NCBI GenBank assembly: GCA_937996685.1
Contig: CALKUP010000002.1
Span: 23,003 to 87,002 of the forward strand
Direction: 5' to 3'
DNA from: an uncultured bacterium
GTDB lineage: Bacteria; Patescibacteriota; Patescibacteriia; UBA9570; XYC2-FULL-38-9
Length of the DNA: 64,000 nucleotides
In this document: one piece after another, positions 8,959 to 18,882 of the stretch
Position numbering within the stretch: position 1 is the first letter of the stretch
Layout: each line of letters begins with the position of its first letter
Notes under the pieces: generated by a model
What the model was told of the DNA's origin: nothing
Database searches by the model: none
What the model saw: the letters and a program-made list of their open reading frames with translations, nothing else
Made by a program: the position numbers and the translations under genes

Positions 8959-11250
8959 ATGGCAAAAAAAACCCCAACAAAAAAACTGACAGCTGGTGAG
9001 CTAAAAGAAATCACACAAATTCGTAAACGTGATTACACGTTGCAAAAATTCGACTTAGCACGAATTGAAAAAGCGATCACAAAAGCATTGCAAAGTACAA
9101 AAGAAGGTGGTGCTGCAGAAGCAAAACAAATTGCAACCGATGTGTTTCGTAAATTGCTCCAATCAAAAAAAGAATTCGCTGGTTTTTTGCCAACTGTCGA
9201 AGGTGTGCAAGATTTAGTAGAGCGTCAATTGATCTTGGGAGATTTTAATGAAACAGCAAAATCATATATTGCGTTTCGTGATGCGCGTGCGCTTGAGCGT
9301 GCAAAAGAAAATGCTGTGCCAAAGCATGTTGCAAAACTTGCGAAAGACAGTAAAAAATATTTCCGTAATTCATTGGGTGAGTTCGTGTACTATCGAACAT
9401 ATTCACGTTGGATTGAAGCAGAAAAACGTCGTGAAACATGGATTGAAACAGTTGAACGATATATTTCTTTCATGCAAGAAAATGTTGGAGACGCGCTCAC
9501 TGCTCGTGAATACAACGAAATTCGTCAAATGATTTTGACACACAGTGCAATGCCATCAATGCGTTTGATGCAATTCGCTGGAGAGCCAGCTCGCAAAACA
9601 AACGTCTGTGCCTATAATTGTTCATTTATCGCTCCAGAACGACTCGAAGATTTTGCAGAAATCATGTACATCTCAATGTGTGGAACCGGTGTTGGTTTTT
9701 CAGTAGAAGATAAGTTTGTGCAAAAATTGCCACAAATTGAATTTCAAAAAGGCAACAAAGCGAAAGTGCACGTTGTTGGTGACAGTAAAGAAGGTTGGGC
9801 TGATGCGCTGACAATCGGTTTGAAAGCGTGGTTCTCTGGAGAAGATGTGACATTTGATTACAGTCGAATTCGTCCAGCTGGTGCTCGTTTGAAAACAATG
9901 GGTGGAAAAAGTTCAGGACCTGAGCCACTCAAACAATTGATGCAATTTGCACGTGAAAAAATCATGGCACGCCAAGGTCGTCGTCTGACTGACATCGATG
10001 TACATGACATTGTCTGTAAGATCGGTGAAATCGTGGTTGCTGGCGGTGTGCGTCGCAGTGCGCTGATTTCATTGTCTGACCTTGATTCAGAAACATTGCG
10101 TGATGCAAAGACAGGTCAATTCTGGAACACAGAACCACAACGCAGTATGGCGAACAACTCTGCGGTATACGAACATAAACCGTCTGTAACAGAGTTCATG
10201 GAAGAATGGATGGCGCTTGTGAAATCAGGCTCTGGTGAGCGTGGTATTTTCAACCGAGCTGGTTTATTGAAAACATTGCCAGAACGTCGTTTGGAATTGT
10301 TGAACAATGACGTGTCTCGAATGGGAACAAACCCATGTGGTGAAATTCTGTTGCAATCAAAACAATTCTGTAATTTAACAGAAGTGATCGCGCGTGCGGA
10401 AGACACAGAAAAAACATTGATTCAAAAAGCGCGTATCGCGGCAATTCTTGGAACATTCCAATCATCACTCACAAATTTCCCATATCTCTCAAAAGAGTGG
10501 AAAGAAAATTGTGAAACAGAACGCTTACTTGGTGTGTCTGTCACTGGTCAATGGGATTGCAAAATTTCTCGAGATCCAAAAGTATTAGAAAAAATCAAGA
10601 AAGAGGCAATTCGTGTGAACCGTATCTATGCAAAAAAATTCGGTATCCCAGCATCTTCTTGTATCACAACTGTGAAACCATCTGGTACCGTGTCACAAAC
10701 TGTTGATTGTGCGTCTGGTATGCATCCACGTTTCGCTCCATATTACATCCGTCGTGTGCGTATCGCGTCATCTGATTCACTCTTCAAAATGTTGCGTGAC
10801 CAAGGTGTCCCATACAAACCAGAAGTTGGTCAATCAATGGAATCTGCAAGTACCTATGTATTTGAGTTCCCAGTAAAATCACCAAAAGGATCTATTTGCA
10901 ACGATGATTTATCAGCGTTAGAGCAATTAGAGCATTGGAAAGTGGTGAAAACAAGTTACACAGAACATAATCCATCTGTAACAATTTATATCGGTGATGA
11001 TGAATGGCTCACTGTAGCAAATTGGCTCTATGAAAATTGGGATATTGTCGGCGGCCTATCATTCTTGCCACGACAAAACCATGTCTACCAGCTTGCTCCA
11101 TATGAAGCGATTGATGAGAAGACATACAAAGAACTTCATGATTATATGAAGAACATCGATTTCTCAAAGATCGTTGAATATGAAAAAACAGATGAAGTTG
11201 ATGTGAAAAAAGAACTTGCATGTGCAGGTGGCGTGTGTGAAATCATCTAA
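8959..11250 (+). CDS. nrdJ: Class II (adenosylcobalamin-dependent) ribonucleotide reductase with N-terminal ATP cone
   Basis: YRTYSR, AYNCSF, GGVRRSA, TNPCGEI, VKPSGT, C-terminal CAGGVC. Confidence 0.93.
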   Translation: MAKKTPTKKLTAGELKEITQIRKRDYTLQKFDLARIEKAITKALQSTKEGGAAEAKQIATDVFRKLLQSKKEFAGFLPTVEGVQDLVERQLILGDFNETAKSYIAFRDARALERAKENAVPKHVAKLAKDSKKYFRNSLGEFVYYRTYSRWIEAEKRRETWIETVERYISFMQENVGDALTAREYNEIRQMILTHSAMPSMRLMQFAGEPARKTNVCAYNCSFIAPERLEDFAEIMYISMCGTGVGFSVEDKFVQKLPQIEFQKGNKAKVHVVGDSKEGWADALTIGLKAWFSGEDVTFDYSRIRPAGARLKTMGGKSSGPEPLKQLMQFAREKIMARQGRRLTDIDVHDIVCKIGEIVVAGGVRRSALISLSDLDSETLRDAKTGQFWNTEPQRSMANNSAVYEHKPSVTEFMEEWMALVKSGSGERGIFNRAGLLKTLPERRLELLNNDVSRMGTNPCGEILLQSKQFCNLTEVIARAEDTEKTLIQKARIAAILGTFQSSLTNFPYLSKEWKENCETERLLGVSVTGQWDCKISRDPKVLEKIKKEAIRVNRIYAKKFGIPASSCITTVKPSGTVSQTVDCASGMHPRFAPYYIRRVRIASSDSLFKMLRDQGVPYKPEVGQSMESASTYVFEFPVKSPKGSICNDDLSALEQLEHWKVVKTSYTEHNPSVTIYIGDDEWLTVANWLYENWDIVGGLSFLPRQNHVYQLAPYEAIDEKTYKELHDYMKNIDFSKIVEYEKTDEVDVKKELACAGGVCEII

Positions 11251-11278
11251 TTCATCAATAGACTCGATGCCTAGAACG

Positions 11279-11299
11279 GCCCGCTTCGTGCGGGCTTTT
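11279..11299 (+). terminator. Intrinsic terminator after nrdJ
   Basis: GCCCGC-ttcgt-GCGGGC-TTTT. Confidence 0.7.
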
Positions 11300-11346
11300 C
11301 TAATCTTGCGCTCTGATATTTTATATAAATGTGATACAGTACAATA

Positions 11347-12594
11347 ATGAAAAAACAACTATCCATTTTCCCACAATTTTTTACAGTCTTTCTTGATCTA
11401 CTTGGCATTGGAATTATCATTCCAATTCTCGCTCCATTACTCCTGAATCCAAATGAAACGCTGCTTGATGCAGCAACGAGTATGGATACTCGGGCGATTA
11501 TTTTAGGATTTTTAATTGCGTCATATCCACTCGCGCAATTTTTTGGCGCCCCTGTGCTCGGCGCGCTTGCTGACCAGCGTGGACGTAAGAGAGTGTTACT
11601 CATTGCTCTAACCGGAACACTCCTTGGATATCTCTTGTTTGCGTACGGTATTGTGACGCATCAATTATGGATTTTATTTGCCAGTCGGATTCTCGATGGC
11701 TTTACTGGTGGAAATATTGCGATTGTCCAATCATCCATTGCTGATGTGTCGACAGAAAAAACCCGATCACGCAATTTTGGTCTTGTCGGGATGGCATTCG
11801 GTCTCGGGTTTATTCTCGGGCCCTATATCGGAGGGAAGCTCGCGGATCCGACAATTGTTTCGTGGTTTAATTCCGCAACGCCGTTTTTCTTTGCAGCATT
11901 GATGACCGCATTGAATATGGTATTGGTGGTGTTCCGTTTCCCGGAAACACATACTGTTGCCGGTGCTGCTCGTGTCAGCATCTTGACGGGTGTGAAGAAT
12001 TTGAAAAAAGCTTTCACAACACCAAATCTGCGTGTGTTATTTATTGTCGTATTTTTGATCACAATTGGATTTTCCTTCTTCACTCAGTTTTTCTCCGTGT
12101 ATTTGATTAACAAATTTCAGTTCACCCAATCAGATATCGGTGATTACTTTGCGTGGATTGGATTGTGCGTTGCTATTGTGCAAGGTGCGCTCATTCGACC
12201 GGTGTCTGCAAAGTTTAACCCAGAAACGATTTTGTCAGTGTCGCTTATTGGATTGTCTGCAGCGCTTGCATTACAACTCTTGCCAACAGAAGCAATCTGG
12301 CTCTATGCGATTACTCCGCTTATCGCGCTCACAAACGGTTTTTCAATGCCAAGTTATACCAGTTTAATTTCAACAAGCGTGAGTCCAAAAGAGCAAGGTG
12401 AAATTTTAGGGATTAACCAATCGATCCAATCATTGGGTCAAGCAATTCCGCCAATTCTCGCAGGCTTTTTAATCACTGTGAATCAGTATTTGCCGATTAT
12501 CACAGCATCTGTCGTGATGTTTATTGCGTGGTTTGTCTTTATGGCGTTTTATAAAGGTCGGCATCCACGAGTCCAGCAACACGAAGTAGCCTAG
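11347..12594 (+). CDS. MFS transporter, TetA/DHA1-like
   Basis: 12 TM; GALADQRGRK motif A; GFILGP.IGG antiporter motif. Confidence 0.9.
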   Translation: MKKQLSIFPQFFTVFLDLLGIGIIIPILAPLLLNPNETLLDAATSMDTRAIILGFLIASYPLAQFFGAPVLGALADQRGRKRVLLIALTGTLLGYLLFAYGIVTHQLWILFASRILDGFTGGNIAIVQSSIADVSTEKTRSRNFGLVGMAFGLGFILGPYIGGKLADPTIVSWFNSATPFFFAALMTALNMVLVVFRFPETHTVAGAARVSILTGVKNLKKAFTTPNLRVLFIVVFLITIGFSFFTQFFSVYLINKFQFTQSDIGDYFAWIGLCVAIVQGALIRPVSAKFNPETILSVSLIGLSAALALQLLPTEAIWLYAITPLIALTNGFSMPSYTSLISTSVSPKEQGEILGINQSIQSLGQAIPPILAGFLITVNQYLPIITASVVMFIAWFVFMAFYKGRHPRVQQHEVA

Positions 12595-12600
12595 GCCTGT

Positions 12601-13284
12601 ATGAATCCCTGGGAGTTAGAATATCAAGATCCAAAGTTGCTGACTGGGCAATTCGCGCCGCAGTCATTTGTCTTGCGTGCGTTAAAGGTGTTGAAAAAGC
12701 AGTATGGATTTCGCCCAAGCGATAAAGAAATGGTTGATCTCGGTTGTGGTATTGGTCGGAATACAATCTATCTTGCAGAAAAGGGCGCGACTATTTCAGG
12801 GTTTGATATTTCTCGCACAGCTATTCGTGCAGCAAAATCTGTTGCGCGAGAGCGTGGATTTGGTGATATGACGCTGCAAGTCCAAGATTTTAATGAGCGA
12901 GCGCGGATTCGAGCCGAAGACGCAGCTGTTGATTTAACACTGTGCATCATGATGTTTCATTTGCTAAATGCAGCAGCGCGACCGGCCCTGGCTTCTGAGA
13001 TTGCTCGGGCGACAAAGCCGGGTGGTTTTCTTGTATTGCGAACACTTGCAAAAGAAGGTGATAAAAACGCCAAACAACTATTGCAAGATTTTCCAACGAA
13101 TGAAGAAGGAACGTATAAAATGCCAGGAACAGGGTTTCATGAACACGTGTTCACAAAAGAAGAGTTGCTGAATCTGTTTCCAGGTTTTTCTGTTGTGCTA
13201 TGCAAAAAACAAACAGGTTATCAAACAGTCGGTGAGAGGCGCTATGCTCGCCAGTACTGGGAGTGTATCTTGCAACGCGCTTAG
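12601..13284 (+). CDS. Class I SAM-dependent methyltransferase
   Basis: VDLGCGIGRN, GFDIS, KPGG. Confidence 0.88.
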   Translation: MNPWELEYQDPKLLTGQFAPQSFVLRALKVLKKQYGFRPSDKEMVDLGCGIGRNTIYLAEKGATISGFDISRTAIRAAKSVARERGFGDMTLQVQDFNERARIRAEDAAVDLTLCIMMFHLLNAAARPALASEIARATKPGGFLVLRTLAKEGDKNAKQLLQDFPTNEEGTYKMPGTGFHEHVFTKEELLNLFPGFSVVLCKKQTGYQTVGERRYARQYWECILQRA

Positions 13285-13952
13285 CGTGTATAGAGTGAGT
13301 ACAAGGCGATAGCGGCAGCGTGTGTGACGTTGAGAGACTCAAGAGACTCGTTGTGTTCAATCACAAGAGACGTGCCAGGCATGTCCATTGTAATGCCGCG
13401 ACCTTCAGAGCCGAGAATGATTAATGGTCGAGATTCAATAGTGACTTGTTGTAACGCCTGGCTTTCTGGGCGTTTTTCAATCCGATAGATTGGTCTTTCA
13501 AGTTGTGTGATGTATTCTACCGCTTTATTGCGAGTCAGGCTGATCCACGGGACGTGAAACAGAGCCCCGGCGCTTGCTCGAACTACTTTTGAGCTGGTGA
13601 TGTCCGCTGATTCAACAGCGATGATGCTCGCGTCAAAGCCTTGAGCAAGGCGAATGATTGCACCAACATTGCCTGGGTCTTGAACACCGTCAAGAACAAT
13701 CACGGTTGATTGATTTTGAATATCATCGAGTGTCCATTCTGGAATACGCGCAACTGCGGCAATGGGTTGCGGTGTTTCTGTTGTGACAAGGACTTCAAAT
13801 TGAAAGCTGTCGTTTCCAGTAAATGTGTATTCAATATATTTTTCAGCTTCCGCAACGGGAATTTCACCTTCGACAAGCAGGAGTCCGTTTTCGCGCCGTC
13901 CTTTTTTTGTATGGAGTGATCGAATGAGTTTTTCTTGAGCCTTTGATAACAT
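13281..13952 (-). CDS. TrmH/SpoU-family RNA methyltransferase
   Basis: LDGVQDPGNVGAIIR, LGSEGRG, ESLNV. Confidence 0.92.
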   Translation of the reverse strand: MLSKAQEKLIRSLHTKKGRRENGLLLVEGEIPVAEAEKYIEYTFTGNDSFQFEVLVTTETPQPIAAVARIPEWTLDDIQNQSTVIVLDGVQDPGNVGAIIRLAQGFDASIIAVESADITSSKVVRASAGALFHVPWISLTRNKAVEYITQLERPIYRIEKRPESQALQQVTIESRPLIILGSEGRGITMDMPGTSLVIEHNESLESLNVTHAAAIALYSLYTR

Positions 13953-14006
13953 AGAGGGAATACTTTATAATAGAAATCTTGATTTTATCTATCTTATACT
14001 ATTTTT

Positions 14007-14519
14007 ATGAAATACACACTTTCTGTTCTGTTTGTTGGCATCCTTGTCTTCACGGGCGCGAGTTGCTCAAAAGGCGACACTGCTGCTGATGCGACAATAC
14101 CGTCACTTTCAACCACGAATACAGAGTCAGTGAATACTGCGGATAACACAAATACGCAAGAAGCAACGACGAATACAAATACAACAACGCCGGTGAATAC
14201 TGCTGTAAATACAGGAAAAACTAGTGGTGTAACAACAAACACCAGTACTGCCGGACTTGAAGAGCCTGCTTCAACTGCAACGACATACTCCGCAGCAGAC
14301 ATTGCAAAACATGCAACAGCGTCAGATTGTTGGAGCGCAATTGATGGAAAAGTCTATAATATTAGCAGTTATATCAACCAACATCCGGGTGGTCGCGTTG
14401 TGACACAAGCCTGCGGTAAAGACGGTTCACAGCTCTTTAAGACACAAGGTGGAAGAGGGCAGCATAGTAGTACAGCTCGCGCACAACTCGCAAGCTTTGA
14501 AATTGGTACGCTGAAGTAA
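14007..14519 (+). CDS. Lipoprotein with Thr/Asn-rich linker and cytochrome b5-like domain
   Basis: Signal peptide with GASC lipobox; DCWSAIDGKVYNIS.Y...HPGG...QHS. Confidence 0.85.
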   Translation: MKYTLSVLFVGILVFTGASCSKGDTAADATIPSLSTTNTESVNTADNTNTQEATTNTNTTTPVNTAVNTGKTSGVTTNTSTAGLEEPASTATTYSAADIAKHATASDCWSAIDGKVYNISSYINQHPGGRVVTQACGKDGSQLFKTQGGRGQHSSTARAQLASFEIGTLK

Positions 14520-14624
14520 GTCAGTTTGTCAAATCGTACTGTTGATATCTTTTTGCTGTATTTCTTGAGGTTTTTGGCATATTTGCTATAATAGTCAGAG
14601 CTAATCAACCTAAATGTATGTCAT

Positions 14625-14909
14625 ATGCGAAAACCAATGACAAAGAGTCAATTCGTTGCTCATCTTTCTGAGCAATCAGGAATGAGTAAAAAAGAAGTTA
14701 CAGCAATGTGGGAATTGCTTGTTGACACAATCTACAAAGAAACCAAAGAAGCTGGCATGTGCACATTGCCAGGAATTGGTAAAATGGTATTGCAAAACCG
14801 TGCTGCGCGCCAAGGCCGCAACCCAGCAACTGGTGAAACAATCCAAATCCCTGCAAAAACGGTATTGAAATTCCGTGTTGCAAAACAAGCGAAAGACACA
14901 ATCTTGTAA
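14625..14909 (+). CDS. hup: HU family DNA-binding protein
   Basis: LPGIGK, RAARQGRNPATGETIQIPAK. Confidence 0.95.
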   Translation: MRKPMTKSQFVAHLSEQSGMSKKEVTAMWELLVDTIYKETKEAGMCTLPGIGKMVLQNRAARQGRNPATGETIQIPAKTVLKFRVAKQAKDTIL

Positions 14910-14928
14910 TCCCTGCAAGATCGTATAT

Positions 14929-14957
14929 AAAAAGCTCGGTATCATCCGAGCTTTTTT
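14929..14957 (+). terminator. Intrinsic terminator after hup
   Basis: AAAAAGCTCGG/CCGAGCTTTTT. Confidence 0.75.
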
Positions 14958-14985
14958 ATTTGTTGTAACGGCGAAGCTGTAGGAT

Positions 14986-15016
14986 AAAAAAATCGGATAG
15001 TGATATCCGATTTTTT
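14986..15016 (-). terminator. Intrinsic terminator after the H1-like gene
   Basis: AAAAAATCGGATA/TATCCGATTTTTT. Confidence 0.7.
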
Positions 15017-15025
15017 CTGTAAGAA

Positions 15026-15271
15026 CTATTTCTTACGTTTTACAGCTTTACGCTTTGCTGGTTTTTTCGCTACTTTCTTTTTCGCTACTTTTTTAACCAC
15101 CTTTTTCTTCGCAGCTGGTTTTTTCGCTACTTTTTTCTTAGCGACTTTCTTCACTGCTTTTTTCACGACTTTTTTCTTCGCTACTTTTTTTACTGCTTTT
15201 TTCGCTACGACTTTCTTAGCGACTTTTTTCTTTGCAGCTGGTTTCTTTGTTGCTTTTTTCTTTGTTGCCAT
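15026..15271 (-). CDS. Histone H1-like (Hc2-like) Lys/Ala/Val repeat protein, 81 aa
   Basis: MATKKKATKKPAAKKKVAKK... pentapeptide repeats; SD-like AAGGGGGTG upstream. Confidence 0.85.
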   Translation of the reverse strand: MATKKKATKKPAAKKKVAKKVVAKKAVKKVAKKKVVKKAVKKVAKKKVAKKPAAKKKVVKKVAKKKVAKKPAKRKAVKRKK

Positions 15272-15381
15272 TTTTAACACCCCCTTTCTTATATTTGATA
15301 GATATAGTATACCGTGTTGCGGTACAACTAAACAATAAAAAAAATACAAAAACTGTGGAAAACTTTTTATTGACACTGCTG

Positions 15382-15423
15382 ATACCTCATGTTAAAAGGT
15401 ATATACATCATAACATAAGGTAT
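15382..15423. promoter_or_regulatory. Tandem putative PadR operators overlapping the promoter
   Basis: ATACCT-N9-AGGTAT then ATACAT-N9-AGGTAT downstream of TTGACA (15370). Confidence 0.6.
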
Positions 15424-15433
15424 AAAAAGAATT

Positions 15434-15781
15434 ATGAAATTTCAACCAGAATTGATGAAAGGGGCAACAAAAAACGTTATTCTTGCAGTTCTTGCAAGAG
15501 AGGATCAACATGGGTATCAAATTATTCGAGAAATTCGTACACGCAGTGGCGAGTTACTTGAGTACGGAGAGGGAAGTGTGTATCCAGCGTTACATGCACT
15601 TGAAGCATCAAAGTTTGTAAAAAGTTATTGGGCTGTTGCAGAAAACGGACGTGAACGAAAGTATTATGCGATCACTGTCAAAGGCAAGCGACAATTAAAA
15701 AACGCTATTAAAGAATGGAAGTTGTATAGCGAGGCAGTGAATTCTGTCATGAAAGGTTTGCGTTTAAGTGCTGGTGAATAA
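15434..15781 (+). CDS. PadR family transcriptional regulator
   Basis: HGYQII, GEGSVYPALHALE, RKYYAIT.KG. Confidence 0.93.
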   Translation: MKFQPELMKGATKNVILAVLAREDQHGYQIIREIRTRSGELLEYGEGSVYPALHALEASKFVKSYWAVAENGRERKYYAITVKGKRQLKNAIKEWKLYSEAVNSVMKGLRLSAGE

Positions 15782-15785
15782 CACT

Positions 15786-16511
15786 ATGTTGCCATACGAA
15801 CCAACACCAGCTGTTTTGGATGCAATTGAAGAGGTTGTGCACGGCGCGCGATTAGCAAAAAATGTTCGACAGGATGTTCGACGTGAGTTGATTGCATACG
15901 CAGAAGATCATGGCCGTGAATTGCATTTTGACGGAAAAACAGATGAAGAAATTGAACTGATTATTATGGAAAAAATTGGAGATACAAAAAAACTAGGCGG
16001 GCAGATGTATGTCGCACATCGACGATTGTATTTTGTGCCATGGATCGGCCCGTTGTTTTATGATGAGATTGTGCGTGGTGGTATTGTGACGTTCTTCATG
16101 CATGCTGCCGCTGCTATGTGCTCTGTTGTTGCTATGATGGGTATAAGTGAAGTGCTATATCGCTGGCCTTGGTTTGCAAATATACAATATGCAAATGGAA
16201 TTGCGGTACATTATTGGGAAGGTTTTTTTCGATACGCAATTGAGGCTGGGCCGTTCTTTGTTGCGGCTTTGATTCTTGGGGTTATTGTGCGGTTTCGTTT
16301 TAAATCACTTATAAAAAGCATTGATGTGATGAACGCGTCATTTATGCCGTTGTTTTTCTTCTTTCTCTATATGGTTTTACAGCAAGTCTTTTCAGAGTAT
16401 CCCGACCTCAATACAAGTATTCGCACTCTCGCTTCTTCTGTGTTCATTGCGTATATTATGCCTGCGTATCTCGGCCTTCTTATTCCAATTCGTAAATTTC
16501 GAAATATATGA
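15786..16511 (+). CDS. Membrane protein with N-terminal permease-prefix/HAAS-like domain
   Basis: DVRREL..YAED...EKIGD pattern typical of PadR partners, then 4 TM. Confidence 0.65.
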   Translation: MLPYEPTPAVLDAIEEVVHGARLAKNVRQDVRRELIAYAEDHGRELHFDGKTDEEIELIIMEKIGDTKKLGGQMYVAHRRLYFVPWIGPLFYDEIVRGGIVTFFMHAAAAMCSVVAMMGISEVLYRWPWFANIQYANGIAVHYWEGFFRYAIEAGPFFVAALILGVIVRFRFKSLIKSIDVMNASFMPLFFFFLYMVLQQVFSEYPDLNTSIRTLASSVFIAYIMPAYLGLLIPIRKFRNI

Positions 16512-17788
16512 CCAATCGTTTTCGTTTTTATTCTTTTTGCGCATTCGTTTTTTTGCTCTCGCTCTTGTTTGCGAGCGGACGTGCAATGTTTAATCAGTAT
16601 TTTCATCACAGTAAGGGTGCTGTAGCTCTTGCAGAATTGCCAAGTAGTGATTCAAATGCGTTGATTATTATCAATAATCACGGAGGGGGTCAAGGTCCTC
16701 AGGCTGATCCGATGAAACGCCCATCGCAAGTGATTAGAACTGACGGTACTGTTGTGTTAGATTCAGAATCACTGGGAGTAATACGTTCTCACGGGACTAT
16801 GTTGTACCCTAATTTTCAAGCAATGGAAACATGGGATAAAAAGCAATATATTCTTGCAAGTGTTCCAAAAGAAAATTATGGTAGCGAATTTCGTTGGTAT
16901 CAAGTACAAACAGATGGTTCATTGAAAGAAATCAAGCCCTCGGCACCATGTAGAGGGAATGTTCCAGTAGAGCAATCTGAAGGATTGTGGCAAAACTGCC
17001 AAAGTTTTACAAATCTTTCAGTGTCATCTGATGGTAAATTTATGAGCATGCAAGGATGGCAATATCCGCAGCCGCAGTCAAATGCTGTAACTGAAGAAGA
17101 ACAGCAATTAAGTGCTCAAAATCGTTTTATTGTGTTCTGGAATCCAGAAACAGAAGAATGGAAGCAGTTAGACATGGATGCTGTTATGAAGCGCAATAAT
17201 ATTACTGGAGAAGATGGAATAGAGTGGGACGTGAGATGGGATGGTGATGCAGCAGAGACAGCGTTTATCATTTTCTATAAAACAGTTGATGGTGAGCAAA
17301 AAAATATTGCGAAACTACGTTATAATTTGTTAGATGACTCATATCAGTCAGTAGATGTAAATCAAGAAGTGAAGTCATTATTAGATCCACATTATTACCC
17401 GAGACCACTCGCAGAGGTGGTAACAGATTATCCGGGCGCAATGACAGAGTTTGATTTGTTGTCTCCGCGTGTAAATCCACGTATGGTATTAAAAAATCCA
17501 AAGTCTAGCTATCTCTCTTTGAGTCATTCCGCGAAGCTTGTATATACACCAACGGGTGCGCAATCATCTTTAATCAAAAGAAAAGGACTCTTTAAAAGTG
17601 ACTGGACCAAGGTGTATGTTCTTGATCGCTCTGAGCATCCGAGCCGCTACCTTGTGACTATTGATGACTATATGTATATCTACGATGTTGCCTCAGAAAA
17701 ATATGCACTGCTGACTCGTTTGCCATTTGATGTGAATTTTGGGATTAATTCTGTTGATGTGTTGTTGCCAGCAAATAACGCTCAATAG
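16508..17788 (+). CDS. Exported hypothetical protein, possible beta-propeller
   Basis: N-terminal signal/TM; SVSSDGK-type motif; overlaps upstream gene. Confidence 0.6.
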   Translation: MTNRFRFYSFCAFVFLLSLLFASGRAMFNQYFHHSKGAVALAELPSSDSNALIIINNHGGGQGPQADPMKRPSQVIRTDGTVVLDSESLGVIRSHGTMLYPNFQAMETWDKKQYILASVPKENYGSEFRWYQVQTDGSLKEIKPSAPCRGNVPVEQSEGLWQNCQSFTNLSVSSDGKFMSMQGWQYPQPQSNAVTEEEQQLSAQNRFIVFWNPETEEWKQLDMDAVMKRNNITGEDGIEWDVRWDGDAAETAFIIFYKTVDGEQKNIAKLRYNLLDDSYQSVDVNQEVKSLLDPHYYPRPLAEVVTDYPGAMTEFDLLSPRVNPRMVLKNPKSSYLSLSHSAKLVYTPTGAQSSLIKRKGLFKSDWTKVYVLDRSEHPSRYLVTIDDYMYIYDVASEKYALLTRLPFDVNFGINSVDVLLPANNAQ

Positions 17789-17853
17789 TACAGTTCTTAT
17801 TGTACCTGGATAGAAGTTGACGAAACGCTGTAATCCAGGCACAATCGACAGAT

Positions 17854-18183
17854 ATGACAGATCTTCAAACGATTATGGTGTGCCAAGCGCCGGTATGCCA
17901 ACAAAAGGGAAGTAAAACGATTTTATTGCGATTGCATGAACAATATGCAGCGCATTTTCAAGATGTGTACCCAGGATTACAAATTACAGGCGGTGATTGC
18001 GGCGGCGAATGTGAAAATGGTCCAGTTGTGCGAGTGAATGATGTGGTGATCCTGAAAGAAGTTGATAAAGATCGCGCCAAAATGCTACTGGAAAGCCCTG
18101 ATGTCTTGCTTGGTGAAATCCAGCACGTACAAGAAAAAGACCAAGCAACGTTTGAGCGAATTGTGAGCGGCGAATTGTATTAA
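17854..18183 (+). CDS. Thioredoxin-like [2Fe-2S] ferredoxin
   Basis: VCQAPVC...GS and CGGECENGPVVRVN. Confidence 0.85.
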   Translation: MTDLQTIMVCQAPVCQQKGSKTILLRLHEQYAAHFQDVYPGLQITGGDCGGECENGPVVRVNDVVILKEVDKDRAKMLLESPDVLLGEIQHVQEKDQATFERIVSGELY

Positions 18184-18699
18184 TTACGCGGCAAGAAAAA
18201 ATCCAACGTACCAGACAATAAAAATAATTTGAAGGGCGTATCCTTGAATTAAACGAATTGGGGTTCGAATAAGATCGTGACAAAAACCATGCACTTTTTG
18301 AAATGGCTCGATCGTTTTAATAATGCCCTCTACAATGCGACGTTTTGTTCCGTGAGAGCCAGGAAGCGTTGCGTATTTGAGTTGAGCTTGAAACGACATA
18401 AAGAGGTCGGGAAGTGCTCCACCAATCGCACCCCAGACAATCAGTTCGTTATTTGGCTGCGGCTTAAAGAGTAAGGTGAGAATCAGAATCAAGATCGTGC
18501 CGCTTGTGTCGCCGATTGCAATCCGTCGTCCGAAGGCATCTTGTGGGTTGTGTGCCAGGCGCCAAAAAATAAATTCATCGCCATGCGGGATCATGTCGAG
18601 GATAAAGTGGGAAATGACTGCAGCAAAAAAACCAAGCAAAGGGTCTTGGGTCCAATAGGCAACCACGATACCGGCTGCTGCGTGTGTTGTCAGTGTCAT
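18184..18699 (-). CDS. Membrane protein with metal-binding hydrolase-like motifs
   Basis: TTHAAAG, SHFILDMIPHGD, GALPD, H...H. Confidence 0.7.
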   Translation of the reverse strand: MTLTTHAAAGIVVAYWTQDPLLGFFAAVISHFILDMIPHGDEFIFWRLAHNPQDAFGRRIAIGDTSGTILILILTLLFKPQPNNELIVWGAIGGALPDLFMSFQAQLKYATLPGSHGTKRRIVEGIIKTIEPFQKVHGFCHDLIRTPIRLIQGYALQIIFIVWYVGFFLAA

Positions 18700-18715
18700 A
18701 GTGTGTGTTTCTTTG

Positions 18716-18789
18716 TTGCGGGGGTTGGATTTGAACCAACGACCTCCTGGTTATGAGCCAGGCGAGCTGCCAGACTGCTCTACCCCGCG
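18716..18789 (-). tRNA. tRNA-fMet (CAT), initiator type, CCA not encoded
   Basis: CGCGGGGTAGAGCAG...CTCATAA...TTCAAAT...CCCCGCAA cloverleaf; C1:A72 mismatch. Confidence 0.93.
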
Positions 18790-18882
18790 CATCAGTTCTC
18801 AATATATTGAGCGTTGATGTGCTTTGTATAGCAGTGATGTGAAATAGACTATATCAACAAATTGGTGATTTTGCAAATCTAT

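Noticed and set aside
15000-15338. Phe/Ala/Thr-rich 112-aa ORF and tandem DNA repeats
   Set aside because: Antisense of the Lys-rich H1-like gene; repeats are coding, not CRISPR.
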